From positions 33,232,001 to 33,296,000 of the forward strand of contig NC_086108.1 in the NCBI RefSeq assembly GCF_963921235.1: DNA of 64,000 nt, given 5' to 3'. A program made the position numbers and the translations under genes. This DNA is from Mobula hypostoma (lineage: Eukaryota). This document shows, piece by piece, positions 1-13,529 of the stretch. The notes under the pieces are model-generated. The model was not told where the DNA came from and did not search any database. It saw only the letters and a program-made list of their open reading frames with translations. Numbering within the stretch: the stretch's first letter is position 1; each line of letters begins with the position of its first letter.

Positions 1-1149
1 TCGAAACCACCCCCCCCCCCATGACTATTATAACACTTTTGGGCTTTTTAACATGTATTTTCTAATCACCCATTTTAAATTAAAGCCCACATCTTTGCTA
101 CATTTCAAAGGCCTGCATACAACTCTCATTAGGGTCTTTTTGATTGCACGTCACCTCTCTCGAAAGACTTGATTTCATTTTTTCTCCTTCCCTGTGACCT
201 TCCGCATGCAGCTACCCCATTTTAATAAATCTCAACACAAGATGCCTTTTGCATGAAAAACTCCAATTTTTCCATTTAACAACATCATACAAGGCCTTTC
301 CACGCACAAAAATCATGAAATTGGCTGATGTTTGAAACAGGGCCAAGGTGGATTAAAGCAAAAAAAAAAGGGAACAAAATGGGATCTGTGTAGCTCTTGA
401 TGAGATCATGCTCAATTTTGTGCTGCAGTCAGCATTTTCTCTTCAGAAGGGCATCAGTCCTGAAAGCAAAACGGACTGTGGCCAAGAGCGCACACAGTGG
501 CTGCTATAGAGCCTAGGGCACTGTAGAAATGAGGAAAAGGGTTTCACAACTCAAAGCATAATACTTGAGTCCTGGTGCATGAGATAGTGGTCAGGAGGGA
601 TACCCTGTGCAAATGGGAATGCTGGGGGGCCGGGGGAGGTGGAATAGGGATGGGTTGAGGAATGGGCAGTAAGGTGTTGGTGCAGGGTAGCAGATTTGGC
701 AGGCACACCATTAGAATGGCTGGCAAGATGTGACTGGGATAGTACCAACCAGGAAATAGAATTCCTCATTTATAGAGCTCAATTGTCCCAAGTCATTCAG
801 CGATCTTATAAGTTAAGGCCAATATGAATATTAACATCTGTCACTTCCCACCCTTGCCTACATCACTCTCTACCCTTACTACACAAGTAACACTCCCAAC
901 TCCCACAGAGAGGTCAAGCTGTCAAAGTGGCAATAACGAACAGGACACAATGTTTTTCAACACCTCCATTTGGACAGTAAAAGAGAGTCGGCCTTATGGG
1001 ACAGACAGCTCTTCAGATTGTAGTCTTCCCCAGATGGAGTTGACCAACTAGAACCTTCTCCTTAATATTAACAATGACACTCACTTCTGGGCCCTGACAC
1101 TCTCACATTTCTGGCATTCTGCTACTGACAGTGAAGGCTGATGCAAAAT

Positions 1150-2790
1150 ACTTATCAAGTTATTCTGTTACTTCTTTGTCCCCCCATTACTACCTCTCCA
1201 GTGTCATTTTCCAGCGGTCTGATAGCTACTCTCACCTCTCTTTTACTCTTTATATCTGAAAAAAGAAACAGCTCTTGGTATCCTCTTTATTATTGGCTAG
1301 CTTACCCTCATATTTCATGTTCTCTCCTTACGTCTTTTTAGTTGCCTTCCGCTGATTTTTTAAAAACTTCCCAATTCTCTAATTTACCATTATTTTTTGC
1401 TCTATTATCTGCCCCCTTTTTCTTTTATGCTTCTTCGAATTCCCTTGTCAGCTACAAATGTGTTATTCTGCCTTTAGAATACATCTTCTTGGTTGGGATG
1501 TATCTATACTGCATCTGCTGACTTACTCTCAGAAACTCTGGCCTTTGCCATTCTGTGCCATCCCCACTAGTGTCCCCTCCCAATCAAGTTTGCCCACCTC
1601 CTCTCTCATGCCGCTGTAATTCCCTTTACTCCACTAATACTGACACATCTGACTTTACCTTTTCCCTCAAACTGCAGGGTGAATTCTTTCATATTATGAT
1701 CACTGGTTCCCAAGGGTTCTTTCACTTTAAACTCCCTAATCACAACAACCAATCCAGAATTGCTTTTCCACTAGTGGTCTCAACCACAAGCTGCTCTAAA
1801 AAAGACATCTGTAGGCATTCTACAAATTCCCTCTCTCAAGATCCAACACCAACCTGATTTTCCCAATCTACCAGCATAATGAAATCCTCTGTGACTATCA
1901 TAACTTAGCTCTTTTTACATGCCTTTTCTATGTCCTGTTATAATCTTTTGCCCACATACTGACTAGTGTTCAGAGGCCTGTATACAACTCCCATCAGGGT
2001 CTTCTTACCCTTGCAGTTTTTTTTTAAACTCTACCCACAAAGTTTCTACATCTTTTGATCCTATGTCACCTCTTTCAAAGGATTTGATGTTTTTTTTTTA
2101 AAACAGAGCCACCCCACCCCCTCTGCCTGCCCTTTTGCCACAATGTGTATCCTTGTATGTTAACCTCCGAACTATGATCTTCTTTCAGCAACAACTCAGT
2201 GATGCCCACAAAGTCATTCATGCCTGCCAATCTCTAACTGGGCTACAAGATCATCTACAATATTCTGTTTATTGTGTGCATTCAAATATAACACCTTCAG
2301 TCTTGTATTCATCACCCTTTTTGATTTTGCTTCCACGCTACACATCAACTCATCCCACTAACTGCAATTTTGCCCTACCATCTTCCTGTCCTTCCACACA
2401 GTCTCACTACACACTGTATCAACTTGTACACCGACTGCCGCGTTCTCAGCCCTATCACTCCAATTCCCACCACCTTGCCAAATTAGTTTAAATCCTCCCC
2501 AACAGTTCTAGCAAACCTGCCTACAAGAATGTTGCCGCCCCCCCCCCCCCTCGGGTTCAGGTGTAACCTGTCCTTTTTGTACAGGTTATACCTTTCCCAG
2601 AAGGGACTTAAATGACTCAGAAATCTGAAATCCCATCCCCTGCATCAATTCCTCAGCACCACATTCACCTGCCAAATCATCTTATTCTTACCCTCACCGG
2701 CATGTGGCACAGGTAGCAATCCAGAGATTACTACCCTGGAGGTCCTACTTTCCAGCTTCCTACCCAAATCTTTATATTCTATAATCAGGA
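1150..2790 (-). mobile_element. Decayed CR1-clade LINE fragment (endonuclease-side / 5' part)
   Basis: 1170-1400 is the reverse-complement homologue of about 4570-4800 in the plus-strand CR1. GVVYRP-type endonuclease motif on the minus strand near 1975-1995. Many stops. Confidence 0.75.
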
Positions 2791-3649
2791 TCTTGTTCTA
2801 TATACATGTGCTTCTAATGGCTTGCTGTAGTGCATCATTAGGGCAACTGTTGAATCAGCATTTCACCACTAAATGATGGATAAAGCACTCCATTGCTTTT
2901 TAACAGCTTGGACTGTGAAAGATGCTTGAGTAGCCCGCAGCGTCGCTTATGACTCGCAGTCAGCAAATATTCCCTTGAACTAATGATAAAAGCAAAGCAA
3001 AGCAATGTGTCCCTAGCCTACTGGAATTGTTAACACCGATCACACAGTGGAGCTCAAGGATGTCAATTGGGGACAAAGGTTATTGCAGGAATACTAATGA
3101 TAACTGTGTACCTGAGGCTCGGGACACTGTAAACAGGACTCAGATACTGACACTACTTCGTCCAGGAAAAGTTTGTGAGTGCCTTCCATTCCAACTTAAA
3201 ATTACTTCTGCAAGCAACTGCTAATTAAACCAAATTTTAAGGTCATCTTGTTTCAACAATTTCAAGTGATTCTGCTACAGTAGTTTACACCTCTGAAGCA
3301 CTTGTCCCACCTTTGGCTTACACCGTCATCAAGCTGTTGTAGTTGCTGAAAATATATTTAAATATAAGCAGAAACTATGTGCTGGCTTCTTGCACTTAGC
3401 TTATTGTAAAATAGTTTTCCATATCTTGACTGCAGAATCTTTCTAACCAAAACCAGGAAATTGGATTTTGCAATCCATCTGCGATCTGCGAGAATTTATA
3501 ACAGCAGGAAAGACTCAACAAACAGAAGGTCTATTCTCCACAGAAAAATACTCTAGCAGACAAGCTGAGGCAAATAACCCGGCTTCTGACCTGAAAATCC
3601 CGTTTAATGTATAGATGCAAAGATACGGGGTTGTGATTGGAAGGCATTG

Positions 3650-6355
3650 TTCCCCAGACGTGCTACTTGAGGAGGCTGCAAATGGGCAGATTATGGTGAT
3701 TTAAGAAACTAAATTGGGTACCGAAGCAGTCAAGCAGTCAATTGTCAAAAGGTTCAGGAATAGTCAAGACCAATTGGCTTATTCTTGTTAGCTACATGGG
3801 AATCTAATGTCTAAGGATACAAATTGTATCAGGACAGGCAGGAAGGTGGGGTGAGGAGGAAGGGGCGGCGTTGCTCTGTTGGTTTAAAAAAATGCAATCA
3901 AAACATTAGAAAGAGGTGACATCAGTGTTGAAGGTGTTGAATCACTGTGGATAGAGCTAAGGAACTGCAAAAGTAATAAGACGCTGGTGGGAGTTGTATA
4001 CAGACCCCCAAACAGTAGTAACGATGTTGACTACAAATTACAACGGGAGATAGAAAATGCAGTTAATTTTACAATAGGGGACTTCAATATGCAGAGATTG
4101 GGAAAAAATCAGGTCAGTGCTGGATTCCAGGAGGGGGAATTTCTAGAGTGCCTATGAGATAGCTTCTGAGAGCATTTTGTGGATGAGCGCACTAGCGGAT
4201 CAGCTATTCTAGAATGGGTGTTGTGCAATGAACCTGAATTAATTAGAGAGCTCAAGGTAAAAGAATCCTTATGGGCAAGTGATCATAAAATGATCGCAAT
4301 CACCCTGAATTTTGAGAAGGAGAAACTAAAGTCAGATCTATCAGTGTTCCAGTAGAGTAAAAAGGAATTGCAGATATGAGAGGAGTTGTCCAGAATTGAT
4401 TGGAAAAGAACACTGTAAGGGATGACGGCAGAGCAGCAATGGCCGAATTTCTAGAAGCAATTCCGAAGGCACATGATATATACATCCCAAAGAGAAAGTA
4501 GTATTCTAAGGGAAAGATGACAAAACTGTGGTTAACAAAATAAATCAAAGCCAATAGAAAAGCCAAAGGGGCATATAATTGAGCAAAAATTAGTGGGAAG
4601 TTAGAGGATTAAGAAGCCTTTAAACACCATCAGAAGGCAACTAAAATGTTATTAAGAAGGTAAAGAAAGTAAGCTAGCCAATAATATTAAAGACACCAAA
4701 AGTTTTTTAAGATATATAAAGTGCAGGAGAGGAGAGAGTGGATATTGGACCACTAGAAAATGATGCTGGAGAGGTAGTAATGGGGGACAACGAAATGGCA
4801 AACGAACTTATGTATTTTGCATCAGTCTTCACTGATGAAGACACTAGCAGTATGATGGAAGTTCCAGGTACAGGGGTCATGAAGTGTGTGAAGTTACCAT
4901 AACTAGATTGTAGTGGCATTAATAATGATATTTCAAGAATCAATTGATTCTGGCATGGTTCCAGAGGACTGGAAAATTGCAAATGTCACTCCACTCTTCA
5001 AGAAGGGAGAGAGGCAGAAGAAATGAAATTATGGGCTAGTTAGCCTGACTTCATCGGTTGGAAAGATGTTGGAGTCCATCATTAAGTATGAAGTTTTGGG
5101 TTACTTGGAGACACTTGATAAAGTAGGCCATAGTTAGCATGGCTTCCTCAAGGGAAAATCTTGCCTGACAAATCTGTTGGAATTCTTTGAAGAAATAACA
5201 AGCAGGATAGACAATGGAGAATCAGTTGATGTTGCGTCCTTAGATTTTTTAGAAGGCCTTTGACAAGGTGCCACACGAGGCTGCTTAACAAGATATGCGC
5301 CAATGGTATTTCAGGAAAGATTCTAGCATAGATAAAGCAGTGGCTGATTGGCACCCGGCAAAGTGGGAATAAAAGGAGCACTTCCTGGTTGGCTGCTGGA
5401 GACTAGTGGTGTTCCACAGGGACCGATTCTTTTTACGTTATATGTCAATGATTTGGATGATGGAATTGATGGCTTTAGTGCAAAGTCTGCAGATGATATG
5501 AAGACCGGTGAAGGGTCAGGTAATTTTGAGAAGTAGGGAGGCTACAGAAGGACTTAGACAAATTAGGAGAATGGGAAAGAAATAGCAGATGGAATATAGT
5601 GCAGGGAAGTGCATGCAATTTGGTAAAAGAAATGTAAGGGTTGACACTTTTCTAAATGGAAAAAAGAAAATTCAAAGAACTGAGACGCAAAGGGACTTGG
5701 GAGTCCTTGTGCAGGATTCCCTGAGGGTTAATTTGCAGGTTGAGTCTGGCGAGGAAGGCAAATACAATGTCAGCATTCATTTCAAGGGGACTAGAATTTA
5801 AAAGCAAAGATGTAATGTTGAGAATTTATAAAGCACTGGTGAGGCTTCACTTCAAGTATTGTAAGCAGTTTTGGGCCCCTTATCTTAGAAAGGATATGCT
5901 GAAGCTAGAGAGGGTTTAAAAGGAGGTTCACGAAAATGATTCCAGCATTGAATGACTTGTCATATTAAAAGCGCTTGATGGCTCTGGGCCTGTATTCACT
6001 GGAATTTAGAAGAATGAGGGCTGACCTCATTGAAGCCTATCGAATGGTGAAAGGCCTTGATAGAGTGGAAGTTTCCAGTGGTGGGAGCGTTTAAGAGCAG
6101 AGGTCACAGCCTCAGAAAAAAGGCGATGAGGAGGAATTTCTTTGGTCAGAGTGGTGAATCTGTGGAATTATTTCCCCACAGACAGCTGTAGAGGCCAAGT
6201 CTTTATGTATATTTAAGGCAGAAGTTGATAGATTCTTGATTATTCAGGGCATGAAGGGAGATTGAGGCTGAGAGGAAAAATAGATCAGCCATGATGAAAT
6301 GGTGGAACAGACTCAATGGGCCAAAATGCCTAATTCTGCTCCTATAACTTATGGA
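3650..6355 (+). mobile_element. Decayed CR1-clade LINE ORF2 (APE endonuclease plus RT) with 3' tail
   Basis: GVVYRPP (~3990), GDFN (~4078), KAFDKVPH (~5255), SGVPQG / YVNDLDD / SADD (5405-5500), 3' end cctaattctgctcctat. Frameshifted. Confidence 0.9.
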
Positions 6356-7189
6356 TCTCAATCTATTCAAAGAAAAGAAGGACCACTTCCTCTTCAGCAC
6401 ATATTTCACTACTAAGCACATGTGCTCCTGCCATTTATCTGCTACAGCTCTGCACAGAACAGATCTATGCACAGAAGACAATTTTTTTTTAAAAAAAAGA
6501 GCCAGGAACAGAACATGATGCACATTTATAATAATTACTGAGTATTAAGTGTTTACAGAAAAGTGCCAGATATTTCAAACAACTACATGAAGAATACAAT
6601 TAAAACATTTTTAGATGCCATTACATGTATTCACATCGTTTATCCCCAAGTGCATGATTTTCCGAAAATACCTCCCAAATACAGACTGTGTTAAAAACCC
6701 TAATGCATGATCCAAAATTATTTCAGGACTTAAACTGCCACAATTTAAAGCTAAACGTCTTCAGCTGGTTACAAAGGGATTTAAAGATATACAATATAAT
6801 CAGGATTTAGTGCATTTAATTTTTTCCAGCATGTGGAAATCTTATAAATATTGATAGTATTGCCCTGTCCCAATTTCAAATGGACAAGGTCAAATACTCA
6901 AAACAAAAAAAAGTCAGTGCAGAGAAAAAAAAAATCCAAGGTTAAGGTGCAAAATATTTAAAAATACAGAGCTGCTGGTAAGCTGGTAGAATGCATAACT
7001 CCCAAAAGTATGTCAGCTGATCTTATAATACCTCTTTAAAAACTTCTTTGTGGCCATGGACATCAATTAAAAAGAAACATTAATGTTTGCACAAGGCTTA
7101 CATTTTTGAATTAGCCAAACCCCTAACTAAACCATTTCAGATGTGTTAAAACACTGACATTGATCCAACAAAATGTAGAAAACTGCACA

Positions 7190-7960
7190 GCTTGTCCTGT
7201 TCATAAAAAGGCAAGGCAAATCTAACCTACTGTAGCTAATTACTATCCATTACACTCTCAGTTATCACCAAAATGGTGGAAGGTGCATTAAAGACCATCA
7301 ATTAGCATTTACCAAAGAAAGCCCAGTTGGGGATTTGCCAAAAACACTCAGCTTCAGAATTCACGACAGCCTTGGTCTAAACAAGAATCAGAACTGAAAA
7401 CCAGAACTGAGGGGAGATGACCGCCTTTGACACAAAGAGAACAGTTAACTGAATTCCAACGCTAAGGAACTGCTAAAGCCGAAGGCAATGGGCAAAAAGA
7501 AAACACTCTAATGGCTAGAGCCAACCCATGCACAAAGGAAGATGGTTATTATTGTTGGAGGCATATAATCCAAGCTTAAGGACATCACTACAGGTGTTCC
7601 TCAGGGCAGTCTTGTAGGTCCAACAGTATTTAATTGTTTCATCAATGACCTTTCTTCTGTCATAAGATCAAAAGTGGGGATCTATACTGATGACGTACTA
7701 TTTTCCATTCCACTTGCAACTTCCTGATAAATGAAGCAATTCATGCCCACATATGTCTAGACATGGACACCATTCAGGCATGAGCTGACAAGTGGCAAGT
7801 AACATTCACAGAGCAGAGTAGAGTCTAAACCATCTACCCTGATATTCAATGGTACTAATCATTACCCAAATCATTCACTATTAACCATAAACTCTCCCAC
7901 ACTAACATTGTGCCTACAAGAACAGGTCAAAGGCTGGGCATTCTCTGATAAGCCACTCAA
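7190..7960 (+). mobile_element. Old CR1/L2-type LINE RT fragment
   Basis: GVPQGSLVGPTVFNCFINDL (~7593-7652) and YTDD (~7684). Heavily decayed. Confidence 0.7.
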
Positions 7961-8974
7961 AATCCACAGTGTGACAGGAATGGTATATTTCAAGTTAAGA
8001 ACACATTTCTCCTAATCTGTAGTGAAATTAAGGAATCCAAGATCTGCCAATTTGAAGGCTAATGACACAAGCTTCATTCACTGAACAGCTAAAGCTTAGA
8101 ATTCTTTAAGAACACAGATGGAGAACAAATAAAAGGGATAATGACAAAGCATCATACAAACTGAACATGCCAGAAATACAGATACCAAAGGTAAGGTAAG
8201 AGGCAGATAATACAGGGAGAAAAAAGTTAATCTTTCAAGCCCATAACATAGGATAATAAAGCATACCACATTGTGGCAGAATAGATTTTTCAGCTAAGTA
8301 TCCAGTTTAGGTCTGGCTAGATCACTGATTTAGACAAGTCATTGACAACATCAGATGTTAACAGGTAATTCCTTTAGCTCAACAGCTCTGGGTTGGTTCC
8401 TAATAATTTGCTAAAAAAACTGGGTTTGTAAATGTTAATTGATTGAACATTCTGTAACACTCCTTTATACTACCCTCACCTTTCATATTATATAGTGCCA
8501 TTGTTTTAATTTTGATCAAAAGTCTGTTTGCAATTAAAGAAATATCTATTAAGGTTAAAAAGGATTCTTAAAAAAGTAAAGCTAGTGCTCAATTATCGCA
8601 TCCTGAAACACTTCAATGACATTACTGCTGTTTATGAGTATTTGATCAGGGTAATAACTCTTCTCGGATTAAGTTTACAGACACAAAATCTAGTTCAGAG
8701 AAGAACTGTAAAGATCAGGCTGCATCTGCAGAGTAAAAGATAATGAAATTTGAAAAAAAAAAAGACATGAACTCTTTGCTAAGGGAAGGGACTACATTAG
8801 AAACATTACCTGGATGTTTTCTCCTGACTACTTCAACTGAACCAGCATTTGCAACTTGAATCACTAAGTTAGAAATAGTACTCAGAGTGACTTTAACACA
8901 TGAAACCCAATGAGATGAGTGAGTGTGAGTAACATAAACAATATTACTGAAAAAAAAGGGATGCAATGAAAGCT

Positions 8975-9304
8975 GTCAGGACACCTCCAATGAGCAATGC
9001 CTCAAAAAGGCGACGTCCATCATTAAGGATCCCCATCACCCAGGTCATACCTTGTTCTTACTGCTATCATCAGGACGGAGATACAGAAGCCTGAAGGAAC
9101 ACACTCAACAATTCAGGAACAGCTTCTTCCTCTCTGCCATGAACACTACCTCACTGCTTTTCAATTACCTTTTTGCACTACTTATTGATTTTAACTTTAC
9201 TGTAATTCACATTTTTTCTATTATTATGTACTGCATTGTACTGCTGCAGCAAAGACAGTGAATTTTGTGACATACGCCGGTGATATTAAAGCTGATTCTG
9301 ATTC
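8975..9304 (+). mobile_element. Rex1/Babar-like LINE 3' fragment
   Basis: IIKDPHHPGH...LLSSGRRYRSL...FRNSFF C-terminal motif and ctgattctgattc tail. Confidence 0.7.
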
Positions 9305-10028
9305 AATGAGTGTATCTTTCAAGATTTTTTTGTAACTCGACCTCCAGTGGGTCAAACTGTCAACTGCCAGACAGAACAGTCAGCAGATCAGTGAAGTACA
9401 GGATGCTGAACTGACCAATTTACCTATTGCAGCCAATATATACTGGCTATACAGCCAAGACAATTATATTGCAGCCTTCAGCATTATGCAGTATAGCATT
9501 AAGCAAGACATAATTGTGCACAACTGGCAGGAATGTGCTGCAAAATTATTTTATACTAATATAATAACACTTACAAACAATTTCAGCTTCAAGTAACAAA
9601 TGATGTACAGACAAGTATAAACACTAATTTACACTCCACAATAATGTCACAGCTATTAGATACAAAACAGTAAATAGGAAACTAAAAACAATTTCAAGGG
9701 GGTTAGAAATTGCTAAAACTACACATTCAGAAAGCGAAACAAAAATGTGTTAATAAGCATGTTGCATATTTCTGTACCTCCTAAATATCCTAACTGCCTA
9801 TCACTACTAAGGACAAAAACAAGCCAATGACAATACCCTAATCTGCAAGTTCTCCTCCAACATCTAACCCATAGTCGCTGGATCTACATTCTGGAACAAT
9901 TCATCTAGCAGCACTGTGGAACCACTTTTACCACACTTCTTGCAACAGTCCTTGTAAGGTGGTGGTGAACTAGTCACTGGCAATTATGAATAGATAACTA
10001 ATACCTAATTAGTTAGAATATAAAATAA

Positions 10029-10360
10029 TTGAGGGGTATAGATAAGGTGAATGCAAGCTGGCCATTTCCATTGAGATTGGGAACTAGAACTAGAGGTCAT
10101 AGGTTAAGGGTGAAAGGTGAAATATTTAAAGAGAACATGAAGGAAACTTTTTTCACTCCAAGCGGTGCCAGTGTGGAACGAGTTGCTAGTGGAAGTGGTG
10201 GAAGGGAGTTCGAGGCATCATTCCAGGAAGTTTTAATAAGTACATGGATGAGAAAGTTATGGAGGACTATAGTCCAGGGGCTGGTGGACAGAACTATGCG
10301 GAATAAGTTTGGTACGCACTATATGGACTGAAGGGCCTATTTTGTACTGTAGTGCTCTGA
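10029..10360 (+). mobile_element. CR1 LINE 3' fragment
   Basis: RGIDKVNA...RTRGHRLRVKG motif and atggactgaagggcct 3' end. Confidence 0.75.
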
Positions 10361-10706
10361 CAATGATCAACATTCACATTCCAAGAGCAAGTTCAGTTCA
10401 CACCAGCTATGAATTTAATCTTTTAATCAGTTTGAAAAGTCATTTTTATGCATTTTCCATACCATTAAGTAACAAGATCAAAAGCATCAGTAGGGATGCA
10501 CTTTTATATAGATACCTTGACAATTTCCTCAAACAGGTTATAATCCATGCGGAGATTATATAACAGTTACCACTTAATGTTGACAAACGTGATGCGAAAC
10601 TAAGCAATAATTTACTTATCAAGCAATAAATTAGAAGCCTCATTTTAAATCTGTAATTTCAAGGGCTCTTTTTGATTCTGGTGCAAGCAAACACTATGCT
10701 ATAAAA

Positions 10707-11358
10707 GCAGCAGGCCAGGCAGCATCTCGAAGAAGAGGTTAGTCAACATTTCAGGCCCAGACCCTTAGTCAGGACTAACTGAAGGAAGAGCTAGTAAGAG
10801 ATTTGAAAGTGGGGGGGGGGGGAGGGCGAGTTCCAAAATGATAGGAGATGACAGGAGGGGGAGGGATGGAGCCAAGAGCTGGACAGGTGATTGGCAAAAG
10901 GGATATGAGAGGATCATGGGACAGGAGGCCCAGGGATAAGGAAAAGGGGGAGGGGGGAACCCAGAAGATGGGCAAGGGGTATAATCAGAGGGACAGAGGG
11001 AGAAAAAGGAAAGAAAGAATGTGTGTATATAAATAAATAACGGATGGGGTACGAGAGGGAGGTGGGGCATTAACCCCCTCCCCCTTTTCTTTCTCCCTAG
11101 GCCTCCTGTCCCATGATCCTCTCATATCCCCTTTGCCAATCACCTGTCCAGCTCTTGGCTCCATCCCTCCCCCTCCTGTCTTCTCCTATCTCCCCCTTTC
11201 AAATCTCTATCTCTTCTTTCAGTTAGTCCTGACGAAGGGTCTCGGCCCGAAAAATCGACTGTACCTCTTCCAAGAGATGCTGCCTGCCCCGCTGCGTTCA
11301 CCAGCAACTTTGATGTATGTTGCTTGAATTTCCAGCATCTGCAGAACTCCTCGTGTTT
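10707..11358. mobile_element. PLE-derived inverted-arm insertion #1 (in UCK2 intron 1)
   Basis: Arm 10707-11072 (-) and arm 11073-11358 (+) are reverse complements over about 250 bp. Flanked by 14-bp direct repeat ACTATGCTATAAAA (10693-10706, 11359-11372). Both arms carry hammerhead-like motifs. Confidence 0.8.
11225..11260 (+). ncRNA. Hammerhead ribozyme motif, variant copy
   Basis: AGTC-CTGACGA-AGGGTCTCGGCCC-GAAA-AA-TC-GACT. Boxes intact, but the ACGT palindrome is lost. Confidence 0.5.
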
Positions 11359-11559
11359 ACTATGCTATAAAATTTCGCTTTGGGCAAAATTAGTTTCTGC
11401 AGCTCTCAATGAATATCATGAATATAGTATCACACAGATGAATATAGAATAAACATTCCAGTCTCTAATCAATAGCTTAATTTAACTTATTCCAACCTTT
11501 AAGAATGCAACACAATGCGTTATCTTTATCCTTTGGGAACGCCTTTGCTTTAGATAGAG

Positions 11560-11611
11560 CAGGGAGTCCCAACATGAGGTCCACGGCACCAAAAAAGGTT
11601 GAGAACCGCAG
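11560..11611. mobile_element. Very short hAT/Charlie-like MITE remnant
   Basis: CAGGGAGTCCCAAC...GTTGAGAACCGCAG imperfect terminal inverted repeats. Confidence 0.35.
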
Positions 11612-12479
11612 TTTTAAAGGGAGTACAAATAACAATGAAACAGTCCAAACTGTGCTTAGTTAGTTTTACACGTCAAGTTATTCCGTCTAGCTGGACTCCT
11701 CGGTATTTCCCTTAAAGTAAATAATCGGGCACAATTTTTACGTTCAAATTAACTACTCGAAGTATTTCCAGTCGTAGAAACATCCTGGTTTAGAAAGAAG
11801 CTGGTGCTTCTTTTAAGCCATTCGGAAATTAAGTTTGTGACTAACCTTGAAGAAATTCTAAAACACACCCAATGGGAATTTAACACATGGCGGGAAGACC
11901 GGACACAACGTGTAAGCATGGGGAACAAGGAAATAAATTTAATGCTTCTGGGATAAAACAAGAAGCGCCGGAAACATTCAACAATAATTCAAACAATTGT
12001 AACATTTTCCATATTGATCTTAAATGCCCAGAATTTATACTTTGTTTTCGCTTTTTGAGTTGTTCTGGGCTCAGATTTAAAGCAACCAAGTTCAAATGTG
12101 ATTTCCTGTCTCTCTCTCGCTCAATCCCCTCCTCCTGAACACCCCTCGCACGTTTATAACTCAGCAGTAATGTACATAATAAGCATGAAAGGCATTTATC
12201 CGCAACAGAACCCAAACAATACTCCGCTTCCATCCCAAACATTTCCTCCCGTTAAATCACAGTGTGATATGCCACATTTTAAAAACGCGTTGGTCTTGAA
12301 ATTCCCATAAAGACAAAGGATGCGGATGCAGTAACTGCTGCAGGGTTGGACCAGCTTCCCCCTATGCTTCCTTCGGACTTCGGTTTTCCAAAGCCCCTGC
12401 CACGGGTGGCTAAAACATAGATTTATAATATTCTTAATACACTTAACCATTAATATAAATCACTAATTCCTGCTGCATC

Positions 12480-13130
12480 AAACAATACAACTCTTATAGG
12501 CTAACGCACCAGGCGAGAGAGTCTGCACCCATTCCCTCTCTGCTCGGTTTACTCTATAACGCCGCTATAAATCATACTAGAGAACCTAGCAGCGAGGGCA
12601 ACAGCTGGAAGCTTGGAGTAACCACCCAGTGCCGCCGCCGCCGCTTTAACCCGCGCACCAATCGCTGCTGAAACGCGTCAATCGGAAACATAAGCATACT
12701 TTCCCGCTGGCGGTGCCCCCTCCAACCCCAATTAGAAAGGGTTTGCGGTTCTGGACCGTCTGATCGCTGTCTCCTGCCATGATGCACACCAGTTCTTGAG
12801 GATTCCCCTTCCCCCCACCACCTTTTCGAATCCGGTTTGGTCTGGCCCCAATGAAATAGGGCTATCTCGACTGAAATTTCTCCACCATTTCTGAAGAATA
12901 CCCAAATTTATAACACTATACTTTGCTGTAAATGCCCAGATACATTTCCTAAGATGAGCCAAGCCACTGATTCAGACAATCGCCATTCTCAGGAACACTG
13001 CCTAGGCTGTCTAACTTTTATACTGAAGGACGGGGGTGGAGCTGCGTCTAAGCGATGAGGAAACAGCCATTCATCGCTCATATTATTCGGAACAACCAAT
13101 CAATGACACCTAGAGTAGCGAGTCATATAT
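12480..13130 (-). promoter_or_regulatory. CpG-enriched promoter / first-exon region of UCK2
   Basis: Local CpG enrichment (gccgccgccgccg, cgcgtca) against a CpG-poor background, surrounding exon 1. TSS not determinable. Confidence 0.5.
12700..12780 (-). CDS. UCK2: Uridine-cytidine kinase 2, coding exon 1 (rest of gene lies left of the window or was not recognised)
   Basis: Reverse strand reads [27 protein letters not shown] then a GTATGC donor (phase 0). This matches the UCK2 N-terminus (MAGDSEQ...PFLIGVSGGTASGK, P-loop). Kozak catcATGG, CpG-rich context, divergent from TMCO1 as in other vertebrates. Confidence 0.93.
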
Positions 13131-13529
13131 AAAAAACAATGTCATGTTTAAAAATACGTTTGTAAAAATATTTATTTCATAACTTTAAAAGATCTCAAAG
13201 TGGGCATAAAGTTATCTATTTATTGTAAATGTTACTGACCATAGTTTACCTCGAAATCTCTTCATTCCATAATTAGGTTCCAATAAAATACTTTAAAAGT
13301 GAATATCTTGCTTTCTCCAGTATTCACTGGTGCAAATAAGTTGTGTCACATATAAACCATTAAATACAAGTGGATTGTAAAACTGAAGTACTTTGGATTC
13401 TGGAACAACCTGCAATATGGTTTAATTTTCTGTAACCTATCCAAAATATATCTAGCAAAATATGAGGATACAATTTCATGATGAATGCTAAAAAGAAACG
13501 TATTTATACGTGGACAATCAAATGCTTAT

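Noticed and set aside
8810-8863. 54-nt minus-strand segment with AG acceptor and GTAATG donor, considered as UCK2 exon 2 or a poison exon
   Set aside because: No similarity to UCK2 exon 2 (expected SSVC..IVQLLGQ...FDHP), weak pyrimidine tract, and such site pairs arise by chance. Needs RNA evidence.
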